From: Phycisphaerae bacterium
Lineage (GTDB): Bacteria > Planctomycetota > Phycisphaerae > FEN-1346 > JAACEH01
Direction: 5' to 3'
Length of the DNA stretch: 64,000 bases
Assembly: GCA_041690105.1 (NCBI GenBank)
Contig: JAWLHX010000002.1
Span: forward strand, 25,345-89,344
Below the pieces are notes generated by a model that saw only the letters and a list, made by a program, of their open reading frames with translations, had not been told where the DNA came from and made no database searches. Below are positions 1-8,907 of the stretch, one piece after another. A program made the position numbers and the translations under genes. Within the stretch, counting starts at the first letter, position 1, and every line of letters starts with the position of its first letter.

Positions 1-2
1 TT

Positions 3-1163
3 GCAGAACTGCAGCGACGCGGCGGCGGCATTGTCAGCATCTATAACGAAGACCTTATCCTGCGTGCCCTCGAGCAGTTCGGCTACGACCGGCGCGAGGC
101 ACGCACCTTTGCCAACGATGGCTGCTGGGAGATTATAATTCCCGGCAAGACGGCCTTCAGCTACCGCCCCTTCGATTGCCTGAAGGTGCTGCAGAATGCC
201 ATCGGCCTTGGGCCCGACGACGTGCAGGTGCCGGAGGCCGCCGACTTCGACGAATTGTACGCCATTTTCATCCGCCATCTGCGTTGCCAGATGGACGAAA
301 TCCAGAGCGAAATCGACCACGCTTTCTCGGGTGGACCGCCCTCGCCGCTGCTGTCGCTGCTGGTTGACGACTGCATCGAGAAAGCCCGCGGTTACCACGA
401 CCGCGGCGCTCGCTACACCGTCCGCGCCCCGCACGCCGGCGGCCTGCCCGACGTGGCCAACAGTCTGCTGGCCATCAAACAACTGGTCTACCTCGACCGG
501 CAGATGAGCCTGGCCGAACTGGTCGACATTCTGCGCCGCAACTGGCAGGACCACGAGGCTCTGCGGCGGCAATTGGCCCAGAGGCTCAAACTCTACGGCA
601 ACGATCATCCGCAGGCCGATGCCCTGACCCGGCAACTGTACGATGATTACGTGACCCTGGCAGCCGAGGTGCCGCAAAGGGCCGGCGTCATGCGGCCGCC
701 GGGCATCAGCACCTTCGGGCGTGAGATGGAATACCGCAGTCATCGCACGGCCACGGCCTATGGTCGACTGGCTGGCGACATTCTGGCCACCAACCTCAGC
801 CCCACGCCCGGCACCGATACCAGCGGCCCCACGGCCGTCATCCGCTCGTTCTGTAAAATGGATTTCCAGAAGCTGCCCAACGGTGTGCCCCTGGAGCTGA
901 AGTTGCCGCCCGACACCGTTCGCGACGAGAGCGGCTTGGCAGCACTGGAGACACTGCTGAGAACGTTTGTCAGCCTGGGCGGCTTTTATCTGCACGTGGA
1001 CGTAATCGACAACACCGTGCTGCGCCAGGCCCAGCTCCACCCGGAGCGGTTCCCCAACCTCTGTGTTCGCATATCAGGCTGGTCGGCCCGCTTCGCCACC
1101 CTCGGCCGCCAATGGCAGGACATGATCATCCAACGAACCGAACAGCACAGCAACCGCGGTTGA
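3..1163 (+). CDS. Glycyl radical enzyme (PFL superfamily), C-terminal part; truncated at the window start
   Basis: Frame is open from base 3. Cys loop ANDGCWE (GCWE at 120-131), ATNLSPTPGTDTSGPTA, and C-terminal glycyl loop AQLHPERFPNLCVRISGWSARF. Confidence 0.9.
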   Translation, partial: AELQRRGGGIVSIYNEDLILRALEQFGYDRREARTFANDGCWEIIIPGKTAFSYRPFDCLKVLQNAIGLGPDDVQVPEAADFDELYAIFIRHLRCQMDEIQSEIDHAFSGGPPSPLLSLLVDDCIEKARGYHDRGARYTVRAPHAGGLPDVANSLLAIKQLVYLDRQMSLAELVDILRRNWQDHEALRRQLAQRLKLYGNDHPQADALTRQLYDDYVTLAAEVPQRAGVMRPPGISTFGREMEYRSHRTATAYGRLAGDILATNLSPTPGTDTSGPTAVIRSFCKMDFQKLPNGVPLELKLPPDTVRDESGLAALETLLRTFVSLGGFYLHVDVIDNTVLRQAQLHPERFPNLCVRISGWSARFATLGRQWQDMIIQRTEQHSNRG

Positions 1164-1235
1164 TATCCGATAGGCTTCGCAAATTGACATCGCCAAGTCT
1201 CATCGCGATACATGGACTTTAAAGGAGGCAAACCC

Positions 1236-1718
1236 ATGGCCACAGACAAGCCAAAGCGGAAGAGAGACGCAAAACACACCACCCGCGGCCGCAAGGGCTC
1301 GGACGCAAAATGCGGCCTTTGTGGCGCGACCAAAAACCTGATTAAGACCGAGTGCTGCGGGCAGTGGATATGCGACGACGAGCACGAGTACGTCATGTTC
1401 TCCTACGCTCGCAACAGTTGCAGTCGGAATCATCGCCGATTCACCATCTGCGGCAATCATTATGCCGAAGGCCATTCGGGCCACTGGAAGGACTGCAAGA
1501 AGTGCCGCGATGCGCTTGTGACCGAGATGTATGTCGATTACGGCACCAACGAGTACAACTTCGAAGTCCTTGAGAATCCACCCGCCTTCGAGCCGACCAA
1601 GTGTATCTCATGCGGCGCGGTCATTGTTCTGGCCGAAGGCGGCTACTCCAGCGGCCGTGACGGTTACAGCTGCGGCGAATGCACGGCCAAGAAGTTCGGC
1701 GACATCCTAGGGCGATAG
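1236..1718 (+). CDS. Small Cys/His-rich putative multi-Zn-binding hypothetical protein (160 aa)
   Basis: AAAGGAGG RBS before ATG 1236; 13 Cys including CGLC, CC, CKKC, CISC, CGEC; basic N-terminus. Confidence 0.8.
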   Translation: MATDKPKRKRDAKHTTRGRKGSDAKCGLCGATKNLIKTECCGQWICDDEHEYVMFSYARNSCSRNHRRFTICGNHYAEGHSGHWKDCKKCRDALVTEMYVDYGTNEYNFEVLENPPAFEPTKCISCGAVIVLAEGGYSSGRDGYSCGECTAKKFGDILGR

Positions 1719-1825
1719 CACAAAACTTAGAGGCTGTCGGGATATTCTGACGCCCTTATTCATGGGGGGCAACCACTTCAAGCACAGCGAAACTAGCCTT
1801 GGAGAAGGGCCGACGCGCAAGCTAA

Positions 1826-1856
1826 ACGCCGGTTGACAACTACTGTCAACCGGCGT
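1826..1856. terminator. 13-bp perfect inverted repeat between the convergent Cys-rich gene and tRNA; probable terminator
   Basis: acgccggttgaca-actac-tgtcaaccggcgt. Confidence 0.6.
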
Positions 1857-1869
1857 CGCTTGTTGGCAT

Positions 1870-1944
<75 letters not shown>

Positions 1945-1966
1945 GTTACTTCAATAGCAGGCAGCC

Positions 1967-1996
1967 ATTATAATTCAGCATCCACCGCAATGTCAA
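1967..1996 (-). promoter_or_regulatory. Sigma70 promoter of tRNA-Gly
   Basis: Exact TTGACA-N18-TATAAT on the minus strand, 22 nt upstream of the tRNA. Confidence 0.85.
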
Positions 1997-2126
1997 GCAA
2001 AGCTGATAGTCGGCTGCCTCAGTTACTCTGGCAGTCTGGCCGCGGGCACAACACGATATTACAGCGGAGTTGCTGAGCGGGCCGTCGACCTTCACTGTCA
2101 CAAAGCGACAGGCCGTACAATGGCAA

Positions 2127-3635
2127 TCAGTACTCCGCTGCGGTGACGGTCACGGTGCCTGCACTTTGCTGCGGCATCTCCAGTCGCATGGCTTGGGCCA
2201 GGCGGCGTGGGATGTCGGTGTTATCCAAGGCACCGCCGAAACGATAGGCTGAGGCCCCGCCGGCGAAGACCGGTACGGTGACCGGCGAATGGCCGAAGGT
2301 GGTCCAGCTGATGCCAGCCCGCTCGCTGAGGACACGGCTGATGGCGACCGGGAAAGCCGGCCGCTTGCCGTAGAGCGGTGCTCCCGCCGCATCGCCGCCC
2401 ATGCTGCGGTCATAGGCCATCTCCAGCAATTCCATCTGGCCCTGGCCCAGGGAGTCCCAGTCCAGACCGAAGACCTCGCTGACGCGCTGCTTCAGTTCGG
2501 CGGGGATATTGTCCTCAACGCTGTTCCAGTGCTGTTCGGCCTTCCACGGCTCGAAGATGTCCGAATTGAACCTGCCGTAGGTCTTCTGCTGCTTGGCCAG
2601 ATCGGCCATGCCGCTAGCGGACTGCCTGCCATTGGTGGCCATTGACATGCCGCCCGTTTCGTGGTCGGAGGTGACGACGATGAGCGTCTCACCAGGGTGC
2701 CTGCGATAGAAGTCGACGGCCTCGGCGATGGCGTCATCGAAGGCCTGGACCTCGTCGACGATGCTTTTGGGCTCGTTGGCATGGCCCGCCCAGTCGATGC
2801 GGCCGCCTTCGACCATGATAAAGAACCCGCGTGGACTGTCGAGCAGATTTATGGCCGTCCGGGTAAGTTCGGCCAGCGAAATAGCGTCGGGCTTGCGGTC
2901 GGTGACGAAGGTCATCTCGGGAGTAATCGAGAGCACGCGGTCGCCGGGACGACAGGCGAGGAGTTCCTCTCGGCTGGTGACATGGCGGAAGCCGGCCTCT
3001 TTGGCCGCGTCGATGGCGTTACCCTGCGGACCCTCGGCACCGCCGAGGCTGGATCCGGCCAGGAAGTCGACGCAACTGCCAGGAATCTGCATGGCAATTT
3101 CGTGGAGCTGCCCACGGCTCTTCTGGTGAGCATAGAAGGCCGCCGGAGTGGCATGGTTGACCGGCACATCGGTAATGACGCCAACTTTCTTGCCATTGGC
3201 CTTTGCCAGTTGGGCGATGGTTACCAGCGGCCGCTCGTCGGGCGTTACGGAGATCATGCCGCTGTTTGTCTTATGGCCGGTGGCCAGGGCGGTGCCCGCA
3301 GCGGCGGAGTCGGTGGTCTGGTGGTTGGCCGAATAGGTGGTGCACATACCGTGGACGGGCAACTGGGTCATGACCAGGCGGTCAGAACCGGGCTGCCTGA
3401 CCTCAGCATCCCGCAGGCGAACGGCATTACGGTAGAGCTCGGTGGCGTGGACTTGCGGAATGGCCATGCCATCGCCAATGAACAGGAAGACGTACTTGGC
3501 GCCGCCGTCACGCACGGAGGGCTGCACACTGGTGTCCGACTGATGCGAATTAGCACAGCCGACGAAGACGGTTATTGTGGCCAGGGCAATAAACATTATC
3601 AGGGTGGGTACGCGTGAGGTAAGTCGTGTGCGCAT
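2127..3635 (-). CDS. phoA: Alkaline phosphatase (PhoA family), lipoprotein
   Basis: FLFIGDGM, TTDSAAAGTALATG (catalytic Ser), MVEGGRIDWAGHAN, TSDHETGG; lipobox-like FVGC. Confidence 0.92.
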   Translation of the reverse strand: MRTRLTSRVPTLIMFIALATITVFVGCANSHQSDTSVQPSVRDGGAKYVFLFIGDGMAIPQVHATELYRNAVRLRDAEVRQPGSDRLVMTQLPVHGMCTTYSANHQTTDSAAAGTALATGHKTNSGMISVTPDERPLVTIAQLAKANGKKVGVITDVPVNHATPAAFYAHQKSRGQLHEIAMQIPGSCVDFLAGSSLGGAEGPQGNAIDAAKEAGFRHVTSREELLACRPGDRVLSITPEMTFVTDRKPDAISLAELTRTAINLLDSPRGFFIMVEGGRIDWAGHANEPKSIVDEVQAFDDAIAEAVDFYRRHPGETLIVVTSDHETGGMSMATNGRQSASGMADLAKQQKTYGRFNSDIFEPWKAEQHWNSVEDNIPAELKQRVSEVFGLDWDSLGQGQMELLEMAYDRSMGGDAAGAPLYGKRPAFPVAISRVLSERAGISWTTFGHSPVTVPVFAGGASAYRFGGALDNTDIPRRLAQAMRLEMPQQSAGTVTVTAAEY

Positions 3636-4189
3636 AATTTCTAACTCCTAAGTAGGAATGTGGTCGAGCATATAAAGTCGCCCACTATATATACCCCGCC
3701 AGACGAGGACGTTGCATGAAAAAAGGGTAATTTTTTGATCAGCGGGCGGTTCAGACTGTCGATGGCAACCGGTCCTTGAGCAATTGTCGCGGCCGGGCAA
3801 ATGGCCCATACTTGGCATATCTCTTAAAACAACGCCTAGCAGTGGGGACCGCGGCCGTACGTCGCAGCTTGCGTCCCCCCCCGCCTGTCTGGTATTTTTT
3901 AGCCAGTATTGCGCCCGCCCTGTTTGTTACCGGCCTCGGGGACTAGTGCCGCCTTGGAACCCGCAGAATCACTTTTCGGGCGCCGGGGCGATGTTCGGGC
4001 GACCACGTTCATTGCCGGGCCTCCAACCACAAACTCCCCTCGGCTCTGACTGTTTTGCGGCTGGACTTGAAAGCTCCCCCGAGTTGATCGCAATTGAAAG
4101 CGAACCAGAACCAGGAGCAGATGCGAGGGTTCAAGCTTTTGTGCGGATGGAGAAGTCAGCAAAGACCTCTAGAGACGCAGGAGCCGGTC

Positions 4190-5944
4190 ATGAACTTGCG
4201 ATTAGGATTGAGTGCAGCGGTTGTCTTCATCGCTGCGTTACTGATTGTTGGTGGAGGAGTCGGGAGTCGGGGCGAAGCAGGCGAAACCCAGCCTGGTCCG
4301 GCAGTTTCACAATTTACGGTGTATACGGCTGCAAACGCGCCTGTGAAACCGGCGAAAGAAGATCTGCCGCTGGTTGAGCAGGTCAGCCAGCACGGTATTA
4401 CCTGGACTTTCAAAGCGAAGGTACGGGCGGGTCGATTTATTACAGGAGACTGGTATGTTGTCGGGCCGGTGACGGTGCAGTCAATTTCGCCAAGGCCTCT
4501 TTTTGGTAAAGAGGTGGAGAATGGAACGCCTTGGACTGCCCTTGATACCAAGGACGCCGCAGGGAAAACTGTGCGGACTTTTGTCGAGGTGGATGAGACC
4601 GAGCGAATCGAGTTTGGCGGCTTCAGTCCGCGTGTAAAGGGTGAGGAAAAGGAGAAGCTGCTGGCGAATCCGCATTATTGCCGCAACGGGTCGGTACTGA
4701 ACGTGCCCCCGGAACTGGCCAAGAGCGGGTTTGACAGCCGCGTCAGGCACGGCATTTATGCGGTCGAATTGACTGCCCGGCTTCCGATTTCGATGAAGCC
4801 TGGCGATGCTCTGGTGTCGACAATAAGCAGGAAGGAGATGCCACGCGACAAGCACTACACTACGACAGCGGCGGTGGCCATTCTGACATGTCTGGCCGAG
4901 CCGGTGCCGGCCGATTCGTTCCGGCCGGGGTATACCGACCCGGAGAAGAAGGTGTACCGGGCCAGCGATCTGAAGCGCGAACTGCTGCCACGGTTGCCCA
5001 AGCCGGCAATGGCGGATGCTAGAAGGTTTCCGGAGATGGCGAAGTTGGCGGCCATTTTCGAGCGCCCGTGGCTGGAGTACAACCTCTTTCATGAGGACCA
5101 CGCACCATATCAGATGGGCGGCTATGGCCAGGGCCTGGCCCGGCGGGGCGGCGACACGGCGGGCATGTTGTGCCTTGATTTCACGGCCGAGGAGAAAGAG
5201 CCTCTGCTGATTGGCTACGTGCAGTTCGGCATCGATCTGTATGGCATGCTGAAGGCAGGTTACGGTGGCTGGCAAGCTTACGGCGGTTGGAATAGCGGTC
5301 ACAAGCATCCGATTATTCTGGCCGGTGTTCTATTGAGCGATGACAAAATGGCCTATGTGTCGAAGACTTTTCCGAAGGCAAGTTTTCAGGAAGACGAACA
5401 GACAGGTTATGGCCGCACGTGGCGCGGTGCACCGGTGGTTTTCCTTGGCCACAGCGGGGTGGATGCAGCGACGGGCAAGGGTCGCACTCGCGGGCGGAAA
5501 GACTGGGGGCCGTATGAGCACAAGCATCCGAGCAAGTGGCACGACAGAAACTGGCAGAGCGAGTCGTACCGTCGCTGCTGCACCAGCCGGGCGTGGATTG
5601 GCACAGCAATAGCCGCACGCCTGATGAAACTGGAGAAGTATTGGGGCCACGATGCCTTTTTCGATTACGTAGACCGGTGGATGACCGAAGACGAGGCTGA
5701 GGCCCTGAAAATAATGGCCGAGGTTGACGGTGGACGAAAGTTTGACAGTTGGGCGCACCAGGGCCAGGTCGAAATTCCGTTCCACGAGGCCATGTGGAAA
5801 ACGTATCGCCCAAAGGTCGAGCCGGACGTCAACAACTGGCGGAAGAGAGAGCCGGTTGATGCTTGGGGAAAGGCAGACGCCGAGGAACCTGATACCCCAC
5901 CAGCGACTCCGGCAAGTGACGTTGGCCATAATCAACAGAAGTAA
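4190..5944 (+). CDS. Secreted hypothetical protein (about 584 aa)
   Basis: CAGGAG RBS before ATG 4190; hydrophobic signal peptide; long Trp/Tyr-rich ORF; no family recognised. Confidence 0.75.
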   Translation: MNLRLGLSAAVVFIAALLIVGGGVGSRGEAGETQPGPAVSQFTVYTAANAPVKPAKEDLPLVEQVSQHGITWTFKAKVRAGRFITGDWYVVGPVTVQSISPRPLFGKEVENGTPWTALDTKDAAGKTVRTFVEVDETERIEFGGFSPRVKGEEKEKLLANPHYCRNGSVLNVPPELAKSGFDSRVRHGIYAVELTARLPISMKPGDALVSTISRKEMPRDKHYTTTAAVAILTCLAEPVPADSFRPGYTDPEKKVYRASDLKRELLPRLPKPAMADARRFPEMAKLAAIFERPWLEYNLFHEDHAPYQMGGYGQGLARRGGDTAGMLCLDFTAEEKEPLLIGYVQFGIDLYGMLKAGYGGWQAYGGWNSGHKHPIILAGVLLSDDKMAYVSKTFPKASFQEDEQTGYGRTWRGAPVVFLGHSGVDAATGKGRTRGRKDWGPYEHKHPSKWHDRNWQSESYRRCCTSRAWIGTAIAARLMKLEKYWGHDAFFDYVDRWMTEDEAEALKIMAEVDGGRKFDSWAHQGQVEIPFHEAMWKTYRPKVEPDVNNWRKREPVDAWGKADAEEPDTPPATPASDVGHNQQK

Positions 5945-6115
5945 GGCAGCCAGAGAAGAAAGGGGGTCTGTCGGAGATGGAGGCCCTGATCTCCGGCCTC
6001 TTTGCGGCTGGACTTGTCTTGACTGATATGATAAATCTATCGGGCGCGGTGATTACGATTGGATCGCAACGGCTGCTCGTCGGCATCGCCCGAGCCATTG
6101 GCGAAAGCAATATTC

Positions 6116-6829
6116 ATGAAGCGCGATACAAATACTTCCAGCACGAATTCCCGACGCTCGCTGCACATGAAACTTGGCGGCATTGTGGTGGCCATTGTCG
6201 GGCTGATTCTGGTGCCATACTTTCTGTGGCACGAGAGGATGGACGCCTATTTTGCCTCGGACGAGTTTGCCGCCTGGGTGCTGACCGCCCGGCCTTACGC
6301 CTGGGCCATTATTATGCTGCTGCTGATCGGCGACCTCTTCCTGCCGGTTCCGTCGGCACCGGTGGTGGCCATGAGCGGCGTTTTGTACGGCACTTTCTGG
6401 GGAGGCCTGGTTGGGGCGGCGGGGTCCATCATGGCTGGCCTGGTGGCCTATTGGCTGGCCCGACTGGCCGGCAAGCGGGCGGCCAGGCTGCTGGCCAGCG
6501 AAGAGGATATGGCCGACCTGCAGAGGTTCTTCGATACCTGGGGCGTGGGCGGCATCATCGCCTCCAGGGCCATGCCGGTTGTGCCGGAGGTGCTGACCTT
6601 TATGGCCGGCCTGGCCCGCATGCACCAGGGCCGCTTTGTGCTGTCGCTGGCCTTGGGTGCCCTGCCAATGGGTTTTCTGCTGGCTTGGACAGGTCAGGCG
6701 ACGGGTACGTCTTCGGGGCTGTTGCTGGTGCTCACGCTTATACCCGCCGGGCTGTGGTGCGTGTACCTGGTATGGGTCCAGACTCTTCGTTCATCGCGCG
6801 CTCTGCAGGCCAAACAACCGACACCTTAG
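6116..6829 (+). CDS. DedA/TVP38 (VTT domain) membrane protein
   Basis: LFLPVPS..VVAMSG.LYG..WGG, AYWLAR, SRAMPVVPEVLTFMAG; multiple TM helices. Start codon approximate. Confidence 0.85.
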   Translation: MKRDTNTSSTNSRRSLHMKLGGIVVAIVGLILVPYFLWHERMDAYFASDEFAAWVLTARPYAWAIIMLLLIGDLFLPVPSAPVVAMSGVLYGTFWGGLVGAAGSIMAGLVAYWLARLAGKRAARLLASEEDMADLQRFFDTWGVGGIIASRAMPVVPEVLTFMAGLARMHQGRFVLSLALGALPMGFLLAWTGQATGTSSGLLLVLTLIPAGLWCVYLVWVQTLRSSRALQAKQPTP

Positions 6830-6898
6830 CCGGCAGGTGCCGCTGCGGGCGGCGGCGGTCGGTACGATAATTCAAAATCAACAGGAGAGGGTGAACCA

Positions 6899-7696
6899 AT
6901 GGCAGGCGAATCGATTCTGGATCATCTGGACAGCGAGGCCGTGGTGCTTTTTCTGGGAACCCATCCTGATGATGAGCATACCGTGGGGCCGCTTCTGGCC
7001 CGGGCGGCGGATGTGTGTCGCAAGGTGGTTGTGCTGTGCCTGACTGGCGGCGAGAGCGGCTGGAATCTACATCGCGAGGACCTGACCCGGACGCTGGCCG
7101 ATGTGCGCCGGCAGGAATTCCATTCAGCCATGGCCGTGCTGGGTTGTGAGCCGATAATGCTGGACTATGTCAACGGCCTGACGCGGGCCCATCCGGATGG
7201 CCTGGCCGTGCTGGATTACGAGGAGACGGCGGTTGCCCGTTGGCGATCTCCCGGCGGGCGCGATGCGTCGGTGGACGAGGTGCTTGCCCGCTGGTCGAGT
7301 CAATCGGGCGATCCGGTCCAGCGGGTGCTGGAGATATTCCGGCGCGAAAAGCCGACGGTGGTAATCAACTTCGATCCGCTGGTCGGCTACACCAATCATA
7401 TTGAGCACATGGCGGCAGCAAAGGTGGCCCTGGCGGCGGTTAAGCAGTACAACTCCGCCGGCGATGCCCGGGCTGCATTGTTCTACGCCCACAGTCCTGA
7501 TCAGCAGGTGAAGGGGGCCGAACGCATCAAGACGGCCGACTTGTCTCGTGCCGGGGGCAAGGATTATCGGCAGATTGCCGACGTGTCGCAGATGTTCTAC
7601 GAGAGCCAATACGGGTCGCGCGGCTCGGACCGGGCGGCAAAGTACATGTTCGCCTGGCACGATGAACAGTTGATCGAGAAAGCCCCGCTGGATTGA
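6899..7696 (+). CDS. PIG-L/LmbE family Zn-dependent N-deacetylase
   Basis: GTHPDDE, LTGGESG, RRQEF..AM..LG, GYTNHIEH (variant of HxDH). Confidence 0.85.
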   Translation: MAGESILDHLDSEAVVLFLGTHPDDEHTVGPLLARAADVCRKVVVLCLTGGESGWNLHREDLTRTLADVRRQEFHSAMAVLGCEPIMLDYVNGLTRAHPDGLAVLDYEETAVARWRSPGGRDASVDEVLARWSSQSGDPVQRVLEIFRREKPTVVINFDPLVGYTNHIEHMAAAKVALAAVKQYNSAGDARAALFYAHSPDQQVKGAERIKTADLSRAGGKDYRQIADVSQMFYESQYGSRGSDRAAKYMFAWHDEQLIEKAPLD

Positions 7697-7733
7697 GCCG
7701 GCAGCGGGCGAGGCGGCAAGCCGTGGCCGTTTC

Positions 7734-8005
7734 AACCCCTCTCCCGCTTGCGGGGGAGGATGTCTCCGGCGCATGCCGGAGACAGGTGGGGGTGTGGCCG
7801 CGCGGTAAACTCCTCCTCGCGGTGCCATGGTCTGACGAAGTCAGGCCATGATAACTTTTACTTCGCCAGAATGAGTCGCATGCCTCGGCACGGTGAACAC
7901 CCACAAAACAAGTTTGTGGCTGGCACCCGCGCTCTCTTGCGCGCAAGCAACGGCTTCACCCTCATCCGGCCCTGCGGGCCACCTTCTCCCGTCAAGGGAG
8001 AAGGG
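7734..8005. repeat. REP doublet (REPIN-like): arm A 7734-7795, 160-bp spacer, arm B 7956-8005
   Basis: Palindromic arms of CCCTCTCCC..GGGAGAGGG type; each arm is the exact reverse complement of the arms at 12708-12769 and 12617-12666. Confidence 0.9.
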
Positions 8006-8058
8006 GAACGGCGTCACCCTCACCCGGCCAGAATTGCCCGCGCTGCCAAGCTGCGGAA

Positions 8059-8907
8059 TCAGGTGAAGAGGTCGGCCAGGCGCTGAAAGCTCAGGCTGGC
8101 GGCCTGGTCGGGGTTGGCCGACTGGGTGTAGAGTTCAATGGTTACAAAGCGGTCGTAGCCGATGTCCTTGAGACTGCGGCTGATGGCGGCAAAGTCGACG
8201 TCGCCTTCGCCGGGGATGAGATGATAGTGCTTGAGGCCGCGAATATCCTCAAGGTGAATATTCCAGATGCGTCCGCGCAGGCGCTCGAGCACCTCGGCGA
8301 TATTCTCGCCGGCCACAATCGCGTGGCCCAGATCCAGATTAGCCCCCAACCGCGGATGGTCGATGCGGGCAATCCAGTCGGCCAGTTCCGAGGAATCCTC
8401 CAGCAGCAGGCCCGGTTCGCATTCAATGCCCACGTTGACGCCAAGGGAGTCGGCATGCTCCAGCACGCGGCCCAGCATGTCGGTCAGCACGGGGGTTGCG
8501 GCATCCGGATTCATGGTGCCCAGGGGCCGGCCGGATGTTATTGATACGCAATCGGCACCAAGGGCGGCCGCCATCTCGAGCGAGCGCAGAATGAGGCCCA
8601 GGCGGTCTTCCCGCTGGTCGGCATCCTGAGCGATGAGGCTGGGCTCGAAGAAGGGCTCGCCGGGAGCATCGGACCAGTAGCCGAAGGCCGTGTTGGCGTT
8701 GATGTTGCTCAGGCGGAGGCCAAGCTGTTGGAGCAGCGAGCCGAGCCGCTGGAGCCGGGCGTCGGTCATGTCGGGCGGCCAGGCGTGTGGCTTATCGGCC
8801 AGAATTTCGGCGGCCGAATAGCCGTGCCCGGCGATGCGCCGCAGCGCTTCCTCGAGTTCCATGGCGGTGTAGGCATTGGTGGAAAAGGCCAGGCGGGACG
8901 ATTTCAT
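8059..8907 (-). CDS. Sugar phosphate isomerase/epimerase (xylose-isomerase-like TIM barrel)
   Basis: GIECEPG, NLDLGH, IHLED, HLIPGEGDVDF, VTIELY metal-binding pattern; ATGA overlap with the upstream gene. Confidence 0.88.
   Translation of the reverse strand: MKSSRLAFSTNAYTAMELEEALRRIAGHGYSAAEILADKPHAWPPDMTDARLQRLGSLLQQLGLRLSNINANTAFGYWSDAPGEPFFEPSLIAQDADQREDRLGLILRSLEMAAALGADCVSITSGRPLGTMNPDAATPVLTDMLGRVLEHADSLGVNVGIECEPGLLLEDSSELADWIARIDHPRLGANLDLGHAIVAGENIAEVLERLRGRIWNIHLEDIRGLKHYHLIPGEGDVDFAAISRSLKDIGYDRFVTIELYTQSANPDQAASLSFQRLADLFT

Noticed and set aside
1727-1755. tagaggctgtc... resembling an IS terminal repeat near the tRNA
   Set aside because: No partner end and no transposase remnant found.
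3899-4012. 37-codon minus-strand ORF with GGAGG upstream (MNVVART...)
   Set aside because: No recognisable features; cannot be distinguished from chance.
4060-4101. ttgaaagc occurring twice, resembling a CRISPR repeat end
   Set aside because: Only 8 bp in two copies; no array and no cas genes.
5977-6870. 297-aa alternative-frame ORF overlapping the DedA gene
   Set aside because: The DedA frame has clear family motifs and TM pattern; this frame has none.
7748-8086. Short ORFs sharing peptide text (MRGRMSPAHAGDRWG) here and at 12498-12884
   Set aside because: They are translations of the REP arms, not a gene family.
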